Assembly (NCBI GenBank): GCA_043228905.1
Contig: JBHGNT010000016.1
Coordinates: 16,182,001-16,246,000 of the forward strand
Length of the DNA stretch: 64,000 nt
From: Azolla caroliniana
Lineage: Eukaryota > Plantae > Polypodiophyta
Direction: 5' to 3'
Shown here: positions 26,220-36,946 of the stretch, piece after piece
Layout of the letters: every line of letters starts with the position of its first letter
Numbering within the stretch: position 1 is the stretch's first letter
Notes under the pieces: model-generated
Database searches by the model: none
The model's input: only the letters and a program-made list of their open reading frames with translations
What the model was told of the DNA's origin: nothing
Translations under genes and position numbers: made by a program

Positions 26220-27590
26220 TGACAGGAACACACGCTCCCGATGAACAACGCTCAGCCACAACCGAGCCTACGATAAAACTGTAAATGTGAGTGTTTGCGG
26301 AAGCGTAAAACGGAGAACAACAGAGAGAGACAGAGAGAGAGCAGAACGTAATTTCCAAAATTATATCAAGACTCTGCGTTTATTCACACTGTGCTAAGTA
26401 GTACTATTTATACAAGTCCTCTTGGGACTGACAGAAGTACCATGTACTTCAATGCTCACACGAGCATCTGACACTTACTACGAGACTATAGATACCTAGT
26501 AGTCTATCCTATTCTAGGCTTCCGATTGGACTGCCGGTTACGGATTGCACCTGGCCTCCACTGCTTGCCGGTTCGGTTGCTCACCGTCATACTGATCCGT
26601 TTCGCCCGATCCGTCTCGCTTACCGGCTCCAGCTTATTTAGCCGATCCGGCTCCGGTTGAGCTTGCCGCTCAACACTCCCCCTCAAGCTCAACCTGAGGT
26701 GGGGTCGTAGTGTCGACCTCTGTGGCAGTCAGTTCTTTCAACCGACTTCTCCTGGCGTCACTCTGCCTTGCTCACGCTCCTCATCCGGTCCAGTCCCGTT
26801 TGCCGCGACCCCTTTGGTTCTGCACGCATCGACCCTCTCGGTCGGCATGTGTGCTCAATAGGCCCATCTCAGCAATCACGTTGTTGTGACTCCGGCGCTT
26901 GCCGATCCGTCGGTTCTCCCACGATGGCATCGACTTCCGCTGTGTCCGTGTGCCCTTGGTCTTCAGTCGATCCGACTCATTCGGATCCATCTGTTGATCC
27001 GTGTCAGCTGTCTCCGACTCGTTCCAGCTCTTGTTCGAATCGGTACACTCCGATTCGACTTCCGGCTTCAGGCCTCTCACCACATCAGACCACTTCCGTG
27101 TCTTGGCCTTCTCCATGCTTCCCTCGGCTTCTTCAGCCGGCGAACCGAAATCGAATTCTTCATTCGACTCCGCATCATGGTCAGTACCGTCGTGATGACC
27201 TCCGCACAGCATGCACTTCTCTTCCTGAGTGCACAACTCTTCTTCACAGCCGCTTGCTCCGACCTGTTCGGATGTGTCGACTTCCTTCGTCGACTCGACT
27301 TCCTTCATCTTCTTGTCTCCTCTTCTTCCGGCTCTCCTCTTACCGACCGGTTCAACAGTTTTTTTGCCTTTGCCCGTTTCGATAGGGACTTTGCCCTTGC
27401 TTCTCCCCCTCAAGTGCGGCACGTCGAGATGCTGAATACCAAGCATGTCGGTAAAGTGTTGCAACTTGTCCAATCCGAGCGGCTTGGTGAAGATGTCGGC
27501 AACTTGCCGATCCGTATGAACATACCGTAGGTCAACTTCACCTCTCAGGACCCGCTCACGCACGAAGTGGTAGTGCACCTCGATATGACT
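26220..27590 (-). mobile_element. Ty1/copia 3' fragment: RNase H end, extended 3' ORF, PPT and LTR
   Basis: HYHFVRE..QVADIFTKPL. PPT complements CTCCCCCTCAAG at about 27402-27413 and 26676-26687. LTR at about 26220-26675, similar to LTR sequence at about 44490-44900 and 57610-58081. Confidence 0.8.
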
Positions 27591-30500
27591 TTCGGCTATT
27601 TACAAATATAGCCCCGATGGACTCTTAGAAACATATTTACGAATATGTCCCTTCATCCGGTGAGCTCTCCTCACCAGGTCTGCATCATCCGGCGCTTGTC
27701 GGGCACACGTCATCCGGTTCTCCCCGGGTCTTCCGTTGCCGGGTACTCGTCATCCGGTTCTCACCAGGTCCTCCGTAGTCGAGTACTCATCATCCGGTTC
27801 TCACCAGGTCTTCCGTAGTCGGGTACTCGACATCCGGTTTCGGAGGGACCATCATCTCTGTTCTTTTCATTTCCGATCCGGAGGGACCTGTTTCCTAACA
27901 AACTCCCCCTTCACTCTGGCATGGGATGTCTTACTAGTTCGATCTGCTTCCGACATGCATCCAGCTTGTCAGGTATCAGTACTTTGGTCAGCATATCTGA
28001 CCCGTTCTCGGCCGTGTGGATCTTCATCAGCGCGAACTCTCGGTCTTCTACTCGCTCCCGGATCCAGTGATACCTACGTTGGATGTGCTTTGTCCTGGAG
28101 AGGTACGTTGCGTTCTTAGCAAGGTGGATGGCACTTTGACTGTCGCAATAGAGCCGGTATTCATCTCGCCGGATACCGAGCTCTCGATGAAGTCCTTTAT
28201 CCATAGTATTTCCTTCCCAGCTTCCACAACTGCCATGTACTCTGCTTCCGTGGTTGACAACGCAACCGTCTTCTGCAGCCTCAACTGCCACGAAACAGCT
28301 CCCCCTGCATATGTCATTACACACCCAGATGTAGACCGGCTAGTATCCACATCAGCCGACATGTCCGAATCGGTAAAACCATCAAGTTGAGGTTTGTCGG
28401 GGCCGAATCGGAGACACATGTTCGAAGTGCCCTTCAAGTACCGGAGTATCCATTTGACCGCGTTCCAGTACTCCTTGCCGGGATTGCTCATAAACCGGCT
28501 CACCACTCCGACTGCGTATCCTATATCCGGTCGGGTACACACCATTGCGTACATTAAGGTCCCGACGGCAGAGGCATATGGAACCTTCATCATATCAGCC
28601 TTCTCTGCTTTCGTCTTCGGGCTTTGCTTACCGGATAATCTGCAGTTTGCCGGGAGTGTCGAACCGACCGGTTTCGCTTCTAACATGTTGAACCGTTGAA
28701 GCACCTTTGTCATGTACTTCTCCTGTGACAACCACAATTGCTTCGTTGGCCGGTTCCGGATGATATGAATCCCCAACATCTATCTTGCCGGACCCAAGTC
28801 TTTCATTGCGAAAGTTCGGTTGAGAGCCTTCTTCAGCATACGTATTCTGGCTTGGTCCCGTCCGATGATCAACATGTCATCCACGTACAGAAGGAGTATC
28901 AGGAAGTCGCCTCCTTCGAACTTCTTCACAAACACACAGTGATCAGCCTGCGTCTTGTGGTACCCTTGATCGGTCATGAAGGAGTGGAACTTCCGTTACC
29001 ATTGTCGGGGAGCCTACTTCAGTCCGTATAGGCTTTTCTTCAACCGGCATACCAGGTGTTCCTTCCCTTTCTCCACGATTGTTGCATGTAGATCTCCTCT
29101 TCGAGGTCACCGTGAAGGAATGTCGTGTTCACATCTAGCTACTCTACCTCGAGGTCCATGCTTGCCGCTATACTCAGCACTGTCCGGATGGAGGTCATCT
29201 TTATTACCGGGGCAAATATCTCGTCGAAGTCCACGCCCTTCTTCTGCTGGAACCCCTTCACCACGATGTTGGCTTTGTATCTCGGGCGGTTGCCGGCATC
29301 TCCCGGTTTCAACTTGTACACCCACTTGTTTCGGAGTGCTTGTTTTCCTTTTGGCAACTCCACCAATTCGTACGTATGGTTCTCATGCAGGGAATCCATC
29401 TCATCCTGCATGGCACTTAAACATTTGCGGTTGTGGGTGTCATCCTTCGCTTCTTCGAAACTTTCCGGCTCTCCCTCATCGGTCAGCAGCACATGCTCTG
29501 CATCCGGAAATGTCCGGGGGGCCCCTCTCTCTCTGAGAGGATATCTCCGTCTTTGGCCTTCGGCAACCAGCTCCACTATTTGTTCTTCATTCGAATCCGA
29601 TTCGGGGTCTTGGCCGGTTCCGATTTCAGCTTCCTCTACTTCTTCTTTTGCCGGTTCGGTATTCTTACCGTAACCGGCTAGTTCCTCGAGTGTGAACCCG
29701 CTCTTAGCTGGGTGTGTCCGAATCTCATCGGAGTTCATTATCTTCTTCTCCGACTCCTAGTCGGTAAGAGTCTTGTCCTCCTGGAAGATAATATCTGGAC
29801 TCCGGAAAGCCTTCATGTCAACCAGATCACACACTCGGTAGCCGAACTCATCATCGCCGTATCCGAGGAATATGCATGGCCGGGTCTTTCAATCCAACTT
29901 TCCTCTCCGATCCTTAGCAACATGCACGTACACGAGACACCCGAACACCTTCAGATGCCGGTAGGACACTTCCTTACTGGTCCACACCTTCTGCGGTGTG
30001 TCTCCATCCAAGGGCATTGAGGGTGATCTGTTTATCACATTCGTCGCTGTCGACAGTGCCTCAGCCCAAAACGTCTTGGGTAACTTTGCATGCGCCAGCA
30101 TACTCCGGACCCTCTCCATGATGGTCCGGTTCATCCTCTCGGCCAGCCCATTTAGTTCCAGCGTCTGCGGCACGGTAAATTCGAGTCGGACTCCCTTCGA
30201 GCGATAGTACTCAAACTACCCCCGGTATTCACCTCCGTTATCTGCTCGAACTATCTTCAGCTTCTGGCCAGTTTCTCTTTCCACTCTCGTGTGGAGCTCT
30301 TTGAAGACGGATAACACCTGATCCTTCGTCTTCAACGGTGTGGCCCACAGCTTCCGACTGTGGTCATCTATGAATGTCACGAAGTACTGCGATCTGGCAT
30401 GTGACTTCGTGTCCACTTGAAATACATCAGTATGCACCAACTCTAGTGGTGCATTACGTCTCATCGGTGGCCTCGATCGGAAGGAGGTCCGGTTTTGTTT

Positions 30501-30748
30501 ACCGGTCAGACAATCAGTGCACTTCTCCAAGTGCACGTTCTTCACTAGAATGAGGTTGTCGTCTGCAAGCCTCTTCATCCCCTTCTCACTCATGTGACAC
30601 AACCTCTTGTGCCACAGCTCACCGGTAGTGTCGGAAGCCATGTTCACTTCTTCCGGGCATAACCAGGCATTCAACAAGTACAACGTGTTTACCTTCCGGG
30701 CCCGAGCCACAATCAAGCTTCCTTTGTTGAACTTCATAATACCGTTCC
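27590..30748 (-). mobile_element. Ty1/copia pol (INT-RT-RNase H), PPT and partial LTR; 5'-truncated at the methyltransferase element
   Basis: WHKRLCH, FIDDHSRK, ADNGGEY, NGLAERMNRT, LLYVDDML, TEAEY. PPT complement AACTCCCCCT at 27901. CATCCGGTTCTC repeats in the LTR remnant. Confidence 0.9.
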
Positions 30749-30764
30749 TCTATTCTCTTTGCTT

Positions 30765-30859
30765 TTTGAACAGGAAATCGATACGGCATATCGAGTTCCT
30801 GGATTATGTTTGCGTTTTAAACAGGAACTCGATATGGCATACCGAGTTCCTGTATAAAA
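30765..30859. repeat. Two palindromes of about 45 bp upstream of the methyltransferase gene
   Basis: TTTTAAACAGGAACTCGATATG-G-CATACCGAGTTCCTGTATAAAA at 30815-30859, and a related copy with its core at 30771-30801. Confidence 0.9.
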
Positions 30860-31373
30860 GAACACCCTGAATGAGGAATATTGTCTTTTTGGGGCAACAA
30901 TTTAGTATTGTGAGAAAATATATCAAATTGTCTGTCAAAATCAGTCTTTTTTATGTCGACTTGCCTTACTTTTTAAAAAAAGGGGCCTTAATTATAGGGG
31001 TTTTATGACCTACTATAGCTTAAAATTGTAGAAAATAACCCACAAATTACCTTTACAATACCAATCTCAAGTCTATCATATGCAAATTATGTACAATATG
31101 GTTATGGAATCAATATAAGTCATACCTACCCTTTAAGACAATATATAACCTTGTATACTTATTTTGATATATATTTTCTAAGTTGAATTGCCCTTACTAG
31201 AATAGATTTTTGAATATAGGACTACCATGTACTCTGATTGCATGATTGATATTTATAGTTCACCACAAATCGCCTATTAGTTTATTTCTTCATCTACTTA
31301 TTTGTATTTTAATATACAACCTTAATCTACGTGACCACCTAACTTATGTTTTCGCATGTACTTTCTTAAATAG

Positions 31374-34300
31374 GTCGTTTGAGAACTTGTCGGACCAACC
31401 CGTGAAGAAAATAAAGCTCCGCATACAAGGTTCTCCAATTGAAACACGGACCCTAGTAGTTCCCGAGTCCATGAAGAGAGGAAAAAAGCTTCTCTTCAAC
31501 GAGGAGTCAAAATCTCAACCACACATTGAGGTTAGCCAAAAGAAACTTGTAGCAACTACTGGAGGTGAAGACCTTCCTGATCGTGATCTAACATACAAGG
31601 AATGGTGTATGCAATACGTCGACTCAAAGAAAAAAATCGTATTGTATATAGCAAAGAAGAAGGGGGAGGGGCAGCTTGGAAAGGAAACCCCATTTATGTA
31701 TGGCCGTATTCTACGATTTGACTACGAAGATGCAGATTCGGCCAACATACTTGTAATGATAGAGTACTCCAAGGGGGTACGTAAAGTGTTCCTTTCAGAA
31801 GATCTTCTAGTAAAGGAATCTTGTGGGCCAAAAGCGTTCAAAAAAGATCTTGAAAGCTCACAAAACCTTATTGTTACCTTGAGGCCTTATATAGAAGGGC
31901 ATGTAACTCTAAGGGAGGAAGTGCCCTCCCCAGTGAAGGCCACAAAAAGGGTATCTAAAGTACAATCAAGAACACCAAAGAAGAAGACAACCAAAATGTT
32001 GGACTCCGATTCAACAAGTGAAAACGAAGAGGAGGACACAAAGGGGACGCCAGGAGCTGAGCTGGCATTGGGTGTGTTGTCATCCAAGCAGAATAAGATA
32101 AGGAGAGAGTTAATGCAGCGTAAACTAGTCAGGAAAGGGCAAGTGTTTAATTTGCCTATAACACACATCCATCGGCCCCCTATTGATGAAAAAACAGGTC
32201 GAAGACCACTTGAGATTAGAGAGCCACACCGCATGCATGTTCAAAATCTCAAGAAAAAAATGAAAATTAATCCTCATGCCAACGTGGTGCCTTTTATTGT
32301 TATGGTAGATCCTGAAGAATGTGAAACCATTGAAGATTTTAATATTAGAAAGCATGATCAATATAATTATTTTGTCATTGGTGGATCGCATTCAGCGAAG
32401 GCACGTCAGCAACTTGTGAGAGAACATCCAACGACTTTCTTCTTCAAGTATGCCGAGTGCAAAATTTACGTGGGGCTCACAACTGAAGAGGCAAAGTTGT
32501 TGGCATGGGACCATAATAATGATAATGACTATAGGCAGAAGATGTCGTCGATTGAGCGTGTAAGGTTCTTCCACCACGAGTATTTGGACATCAAACAAAA
32601 GTTTGGTGTGAAGCTACATCCAGGCCTACGACGTCAATGCTTGCATGAAGTCGGCATTGTGGTAGATGATAATGTTAAGTCCGATTGTCTTCGGAAATAT
32701 GAGTCTTGGTTTCAACTGGCATTTAGAGATGGAGAAGTATGGGACCTACAGGATCAAATCTTCTCAACGTGGGAGAATAAGGAGGTAAAGGGTCAACGAC
32801 AAAAGAAATGTAAGGTTGACCCTCAACTAGAGTTAAAGTCACAAGCAGCCAAGAAAATTGACTTGACAATTGAAGAAGTGGCTAACGACATGAAGCTGTC
32901 TCTATGGAGAGCAATGCAAGGTATTAAGGACAAGCAACTTCTTGTGTCTATTTTGTCAAGGGTTGTGGTGAAAGATTTAAGCCTTGAAGAAATGGTAACT
33001 GAGTTCGATAAGTAAGTCTTTCAAATACTGATATTGAAGTCTATATGGTGTAATTCAAAGTTCTAATCTTGATTTCTAAATTTACAGTCATAAGGTGTAC
33101 ATGAAGATCCAAGAAGTTATGATGAAACAACTTGGGAACAAGTGACCGAGGATTATCCTCTAACGTCTTCATATAAGGTGTTATCGAAGTATTTTATTGA
33201 ATTCAAGGATTGGGTTAGTATTGGTGGTTTTTCATTACGCTTTCATCATATGTAGAGCTTGTATAATAATACTTGATGTCCTATTGCTTCTATTAGAAAC
33301 TGTGTCATGGCAAGAAACAAGGAGAAGTTAAGGATATACACGATTTCCCTACATCCTTCCTTACACATCTCGAGCGAGCCAGAAAAGAAAAGGATCGTCG
33401 CTTAGTCAAGGCGTATGAAATGGAGGAAGATGGCTCCTTTAAAAAATTTAGCCACAAAAAAGATATTACGAGAGATCTTTACTACAATGTGGTTTGCGGC
33501 GATGTCATTGACTTGATCCAAAAAGTGCCAAAGAAGGAATATACGCTAATGGTTGCGGATATTCCATACAAATTTTGAATGGTTGGGTCATTATACGACG
33601 ATGAACCGTTTAGGTTTAAATAGGTGGAGAAGATGGTCAAGGATTTCTCTGAGCTAACGACTGCATCCTTGTGGCGAATAGTTGTCTTTCATAGTATGGA
33701 CCAAGGGTACTCGATAGCTCAAGCTTTGAGATCTCGTTGCCATGGCATTGAGAACCTTGCATGGTAAGGATTATTTATAGGTGTCATTCACTATATTGCA
33801 TTTTTTAAGGTTGTTCAATCTATTCTTAACTCGATGTATTATTTTTTATAGGATAAAAACCAATGTAAATAAAGGGCCAACTTTTCGGTTCGTTAATGCC
33901 ATTGAATACATCACGGTTGGCTACTTCGATAAAATTAAGAAAGAAAGAATCAAGGAGAATTCTAATGAAGTGGGAGGTTCAAATCTGCTGGTATATCCAG
34001 CAGTGACACGGAAATTGCGACATGTCACCACGACAGAACGGGGACTTGTCAACCCATATCAAAAACCTCAACGACTTATGATGCGCTTGATCGAGATGTT
34101 TTCTATCAAAGGAGACTGGATATTAGATCTCTTTTTTGGCACGGGTATTCCTCGAACTAGGGTAACGATCTTGAGATAACCAATACCAAATCTTTTTTGT
34201 TTGACAAGTAATTCTTCTTGTTACTTTCTTCACAGGAACGACGTCTGCATGTGCATTGAAGCTCTTTAGAAATATAGTTGCATTGGAGAAGGACGAGGAG

Positions 34301-34765
34301 CAGGTTATATTTATAAATATGAAGATTAAGGCTTTGTGGGAGTGCCCAGACCAGGATGAGGACCGAATCTTTTTTGTTTGACAAGTAATTCTTCTTGTTA
34401 CTTTCTTCACAGGAACGATGTCTGCATGTGCATTGAAGCTCTTTAGAAATACAATTGCATTGGAGAAGGACGAGGAGCAGGTTATATTTATAAATATGAG
34501 GATTAAGGCTTTGTGGGAGTGCCCAGACCAAGATGAGGAAGTCAGTGCAAAGAACCTCGCTAATACAGAAAGGTTTCAACCTGCTTCGCGAGAGCCTATT
34601 CCTCCATTAGCCGGCGAACCGGGGGAGCTAATTGAGCTTGATGATGAGCTTATAGAAGATATTTCGTTGGTTTGGCTAACAGGGGAAGCCAATGCACGTA
34701 TAGCCGAAGAGAGTTCTAGACAAGATGATGAAGAAAATGACATTGATGAATTAATTGCTATGTAA
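31374..34765 (+). pseudogene. Spliced gene for a ParB/Srx-like domain fused to a beta-class N6-adenine/N4-cytosine DNA methyltransferase
   Basis: GT-AG exons 31374-33011, 33088-33213, 33297-33763, 33852-34144 and 34413-34765; the start is uncertain. ParB-like segment IREPHRMHVQNLKKKM..VPFIVMV..YFVIGGSHS..A..LTTEEAKLLAWDHN. Methyltransferase motifs VVCGDVIDLIQKVP..LMVADIPY, WIK, NPYQKPQRLMMRLI, GDWILDLFFGTGT..A..RNTIALE. Frameshift at about 33135, stops at 33576 (TGA) and 33621 (TAG). Confidence 0.85.
34185..34538 (+). repeat. 177-bp tandem duplication of the last intron acceptor and the start of the last exon
   Basis: Copies at 34185-34361 and 34362-34538, with CACAG acceptors ending at 34235 and 34412. 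Confidence 0.92.
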
Positions 34766-35196
34766 TAGACTCTATGAAGAAAATGACACTGACGATTTGT
34801 TTGGATTTCACATTATTAATACAAATTTTGGGTTTTACTTAGTGGATTCTATTCTTTATAATCTTCTATATATTTCAATTTTATTTTTATATACTTGGTT
34901 AGTAGACTTATGACATTGGTTTCACCGTGTGCATAGCTGAGTACCAAAATTATGGAGAAACATGAATTAGTTTTATTGAGGCTGATTTTGGTCCAAGCTA
35001 ACCTTAACATAACATGGTCGTACAATTGTTGCCATGACTGTCCATGTTGTTATTATGGATCTTTGTCTTCTATTGTTAAAACTATTATGTTTCTATTCCA
35101 TTGCTGCTTAGATTGTGTAGTGTGTTGATAATGGTTCCACTAGCATTATCTGCATGTTTTTATATGCTTGTAGTTCCACTTGCGTTATCGTTCGGA

Positions 35197-35473
35197 GTTT
35201 GATCCTGTGTGAATCACCTAAGCAATAGAGTAGATCAATTTTAAATACAGGTATGAAAGCCTTAATAGGTTTGTTATTTCCACGACATTATCCTAAAGTT
35301 CACTGCCTTACATTGTCCACAATTATATACATATGGTTTGATCCCATACGAACAAACTGATGAATAGATTAGATCAACTTTAAATACAAGTATTGAATAC
35401 TTTAATAAGTTAGTTATTCCAATCACATTATCCTAAAGTGCACTATCCTACATTGTCCAAAATTATAAACATG
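35197..35473. repeat. Diverged direct repeat of about 139 bp in the 3' region of the transposon
   Basis: GTTTGATCC..TAGATCAA.TTTAAATACA..ACATTATCCTAAAGT.CACT..TACATTGTCCA occurs twice, from about 35197 and 35336. Confidence 0.8.
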
Positions 35474-36946
35474 CATGTATGTGTCAAAGTATAAATTATA
35501 ACTCATTTTATTAGTATGGATACAAGTACACCTCATATTTTTGTAAAACTTACCAAATTAATATAAGCCTTTAACTTAGTGGTTCCCTTGTCGCACATTA
35601 GTGACATATTGAGCCATTGTTGAACTTTATTATGCCTACATTAACTTATCAACACGTCCAAACTTGCATGATTTCTAATGATCTCCACTCGTAGACCTAT
35701 CATGCATTTTTATATTTGCAAATTCTAATCAGGTTGAGGAACATGTGATACTAGTGCATCCAATTTTTGTAGAGAGGGGGTATTTGCTTCGTTTCAAGAA
35801 GATTCTACAAGTGGAATGCGCAATCCTTCCACTTGTGAACGCGAACGTGTTAAAGGACAGTTTGAGGAATACTGCAAGGCCCAAGGTATTCGAATTAAGT
35901 ACATAGTACCGAAGACCCCTGAGTTGAACGGGCTTGCAGAGAGGATGAATAGAACAATCATGGAGAGAGTAAGAAGTATGCTCTCTCATGCTAAGCTGTG
36001 GAAAATATACTAGGCTGAGGCGATGTGCATGACAGTTTATCTTATCAATAGGTCCCCCTCAGTATCGTTGAAAGGTGATGTTCCACAGAGGGTGTGGACA
36101 GGAAAGGATGTCTCCTACCGACACCTGAGGGTGTTCGGATGTCTGTCATATATGCATGTAGCTAAGGATCAGAGGTCCAAGCTCAACAGTAAGTTGAAAC
36201 CATGTATATTCATGGTATACTCGGAAGATGAGTTCGACTATAGGCTGTGGGACCTAGTCGACATAAAGGTGGTGAGAAGTCGGGATGTAGTCTTCTTGGA
36301 AGACAAGAAGATTGAGGACTAGAAGCCACAAAAGTCGGAATCGACTCCCCAGTCGACCCCCACTACCACCGACTTAAGGCCAAGTGAACCGACAAGTCAG
36401 TTGTTCAGAGATAGCCATTTGGCACAGCCGAATCTGAGTTGGTCGACTCGGAGAGACCGACCGCCTATGAGTCTGAGTTGGTAGAGTTGTTAAGATCGAT
36501 CTAGGAATATGACTTGGAGTCTTCCAACCTTGAGAAGCCGATCGACATACATGAACCTGAGCCAAGAGTAGAGTCAACAGAGAAATCCGAACTGAAGTCG
36601 ACAACGAGTGGAAGGAGATACCCACTCAGAGAAAGGAGAGCATCGAGAACATATGCCAATCAATACATCCTCTTGACTGATGAGGGTGAGGTAGAGTGTT
36701 ATGATGAAGCATTGCGGAGGAGCACAGAGAGAAATAGCTGAGTGCGATGCAAGACAAGATGGACTCCTTGCACGAAAACTACACCTACGACCTAGTAGAA
36801 TTAACGAAAGGTAAGAGAGAACTCAAGGACAAATGAGTCTATAAGGTGAGGACTGGAGAAGTTGACGATGCGCCCAGGTATAAAGCTCACATTGTGGTGA
36901 AGGGTTTCCAACAAAAAAAGGGCGTCGACTTTGACGAAATATCCGC

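Larger units (their letters stand above)
30750..35849 (+). mobile_element. Candidate TIR DNA transposon, copy 1 (left part missing), carrying a ParB-methyltransferase gene
   Basis: Abruptly flanked by copia coding sequence on both sides. Palindromes at 30765-30859. The right end GAATGCG-N26-GTG (35814-35849) has the same spacing as the right TIR of copy 2. Confidence 0.65.

Noticed and set aside
31246-31373. N-terminus of the 589-aa ORF as annotated
   Set aside because: It is AT-rich, starts at a non-ATG codon and ends in a pyrimidine tract plus TAG, so it is probably intron. The true first exon was not identified.
31246-34765. Bacterial or phage contamination as the source of the methylase
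   Set aside because: The gene has spliceosomal GT-AG introns, is embedded among plant retrotransposons, and has a paralogous remnant 15 kb away with a shared intron position.
35807-35836. Helitron 3' hairpin (ACAAGTGGAA/TTCCACTTGT)
   Set aside because: No CTRR terminus follows, and the end matches the TIR geometry of copy 2 better.
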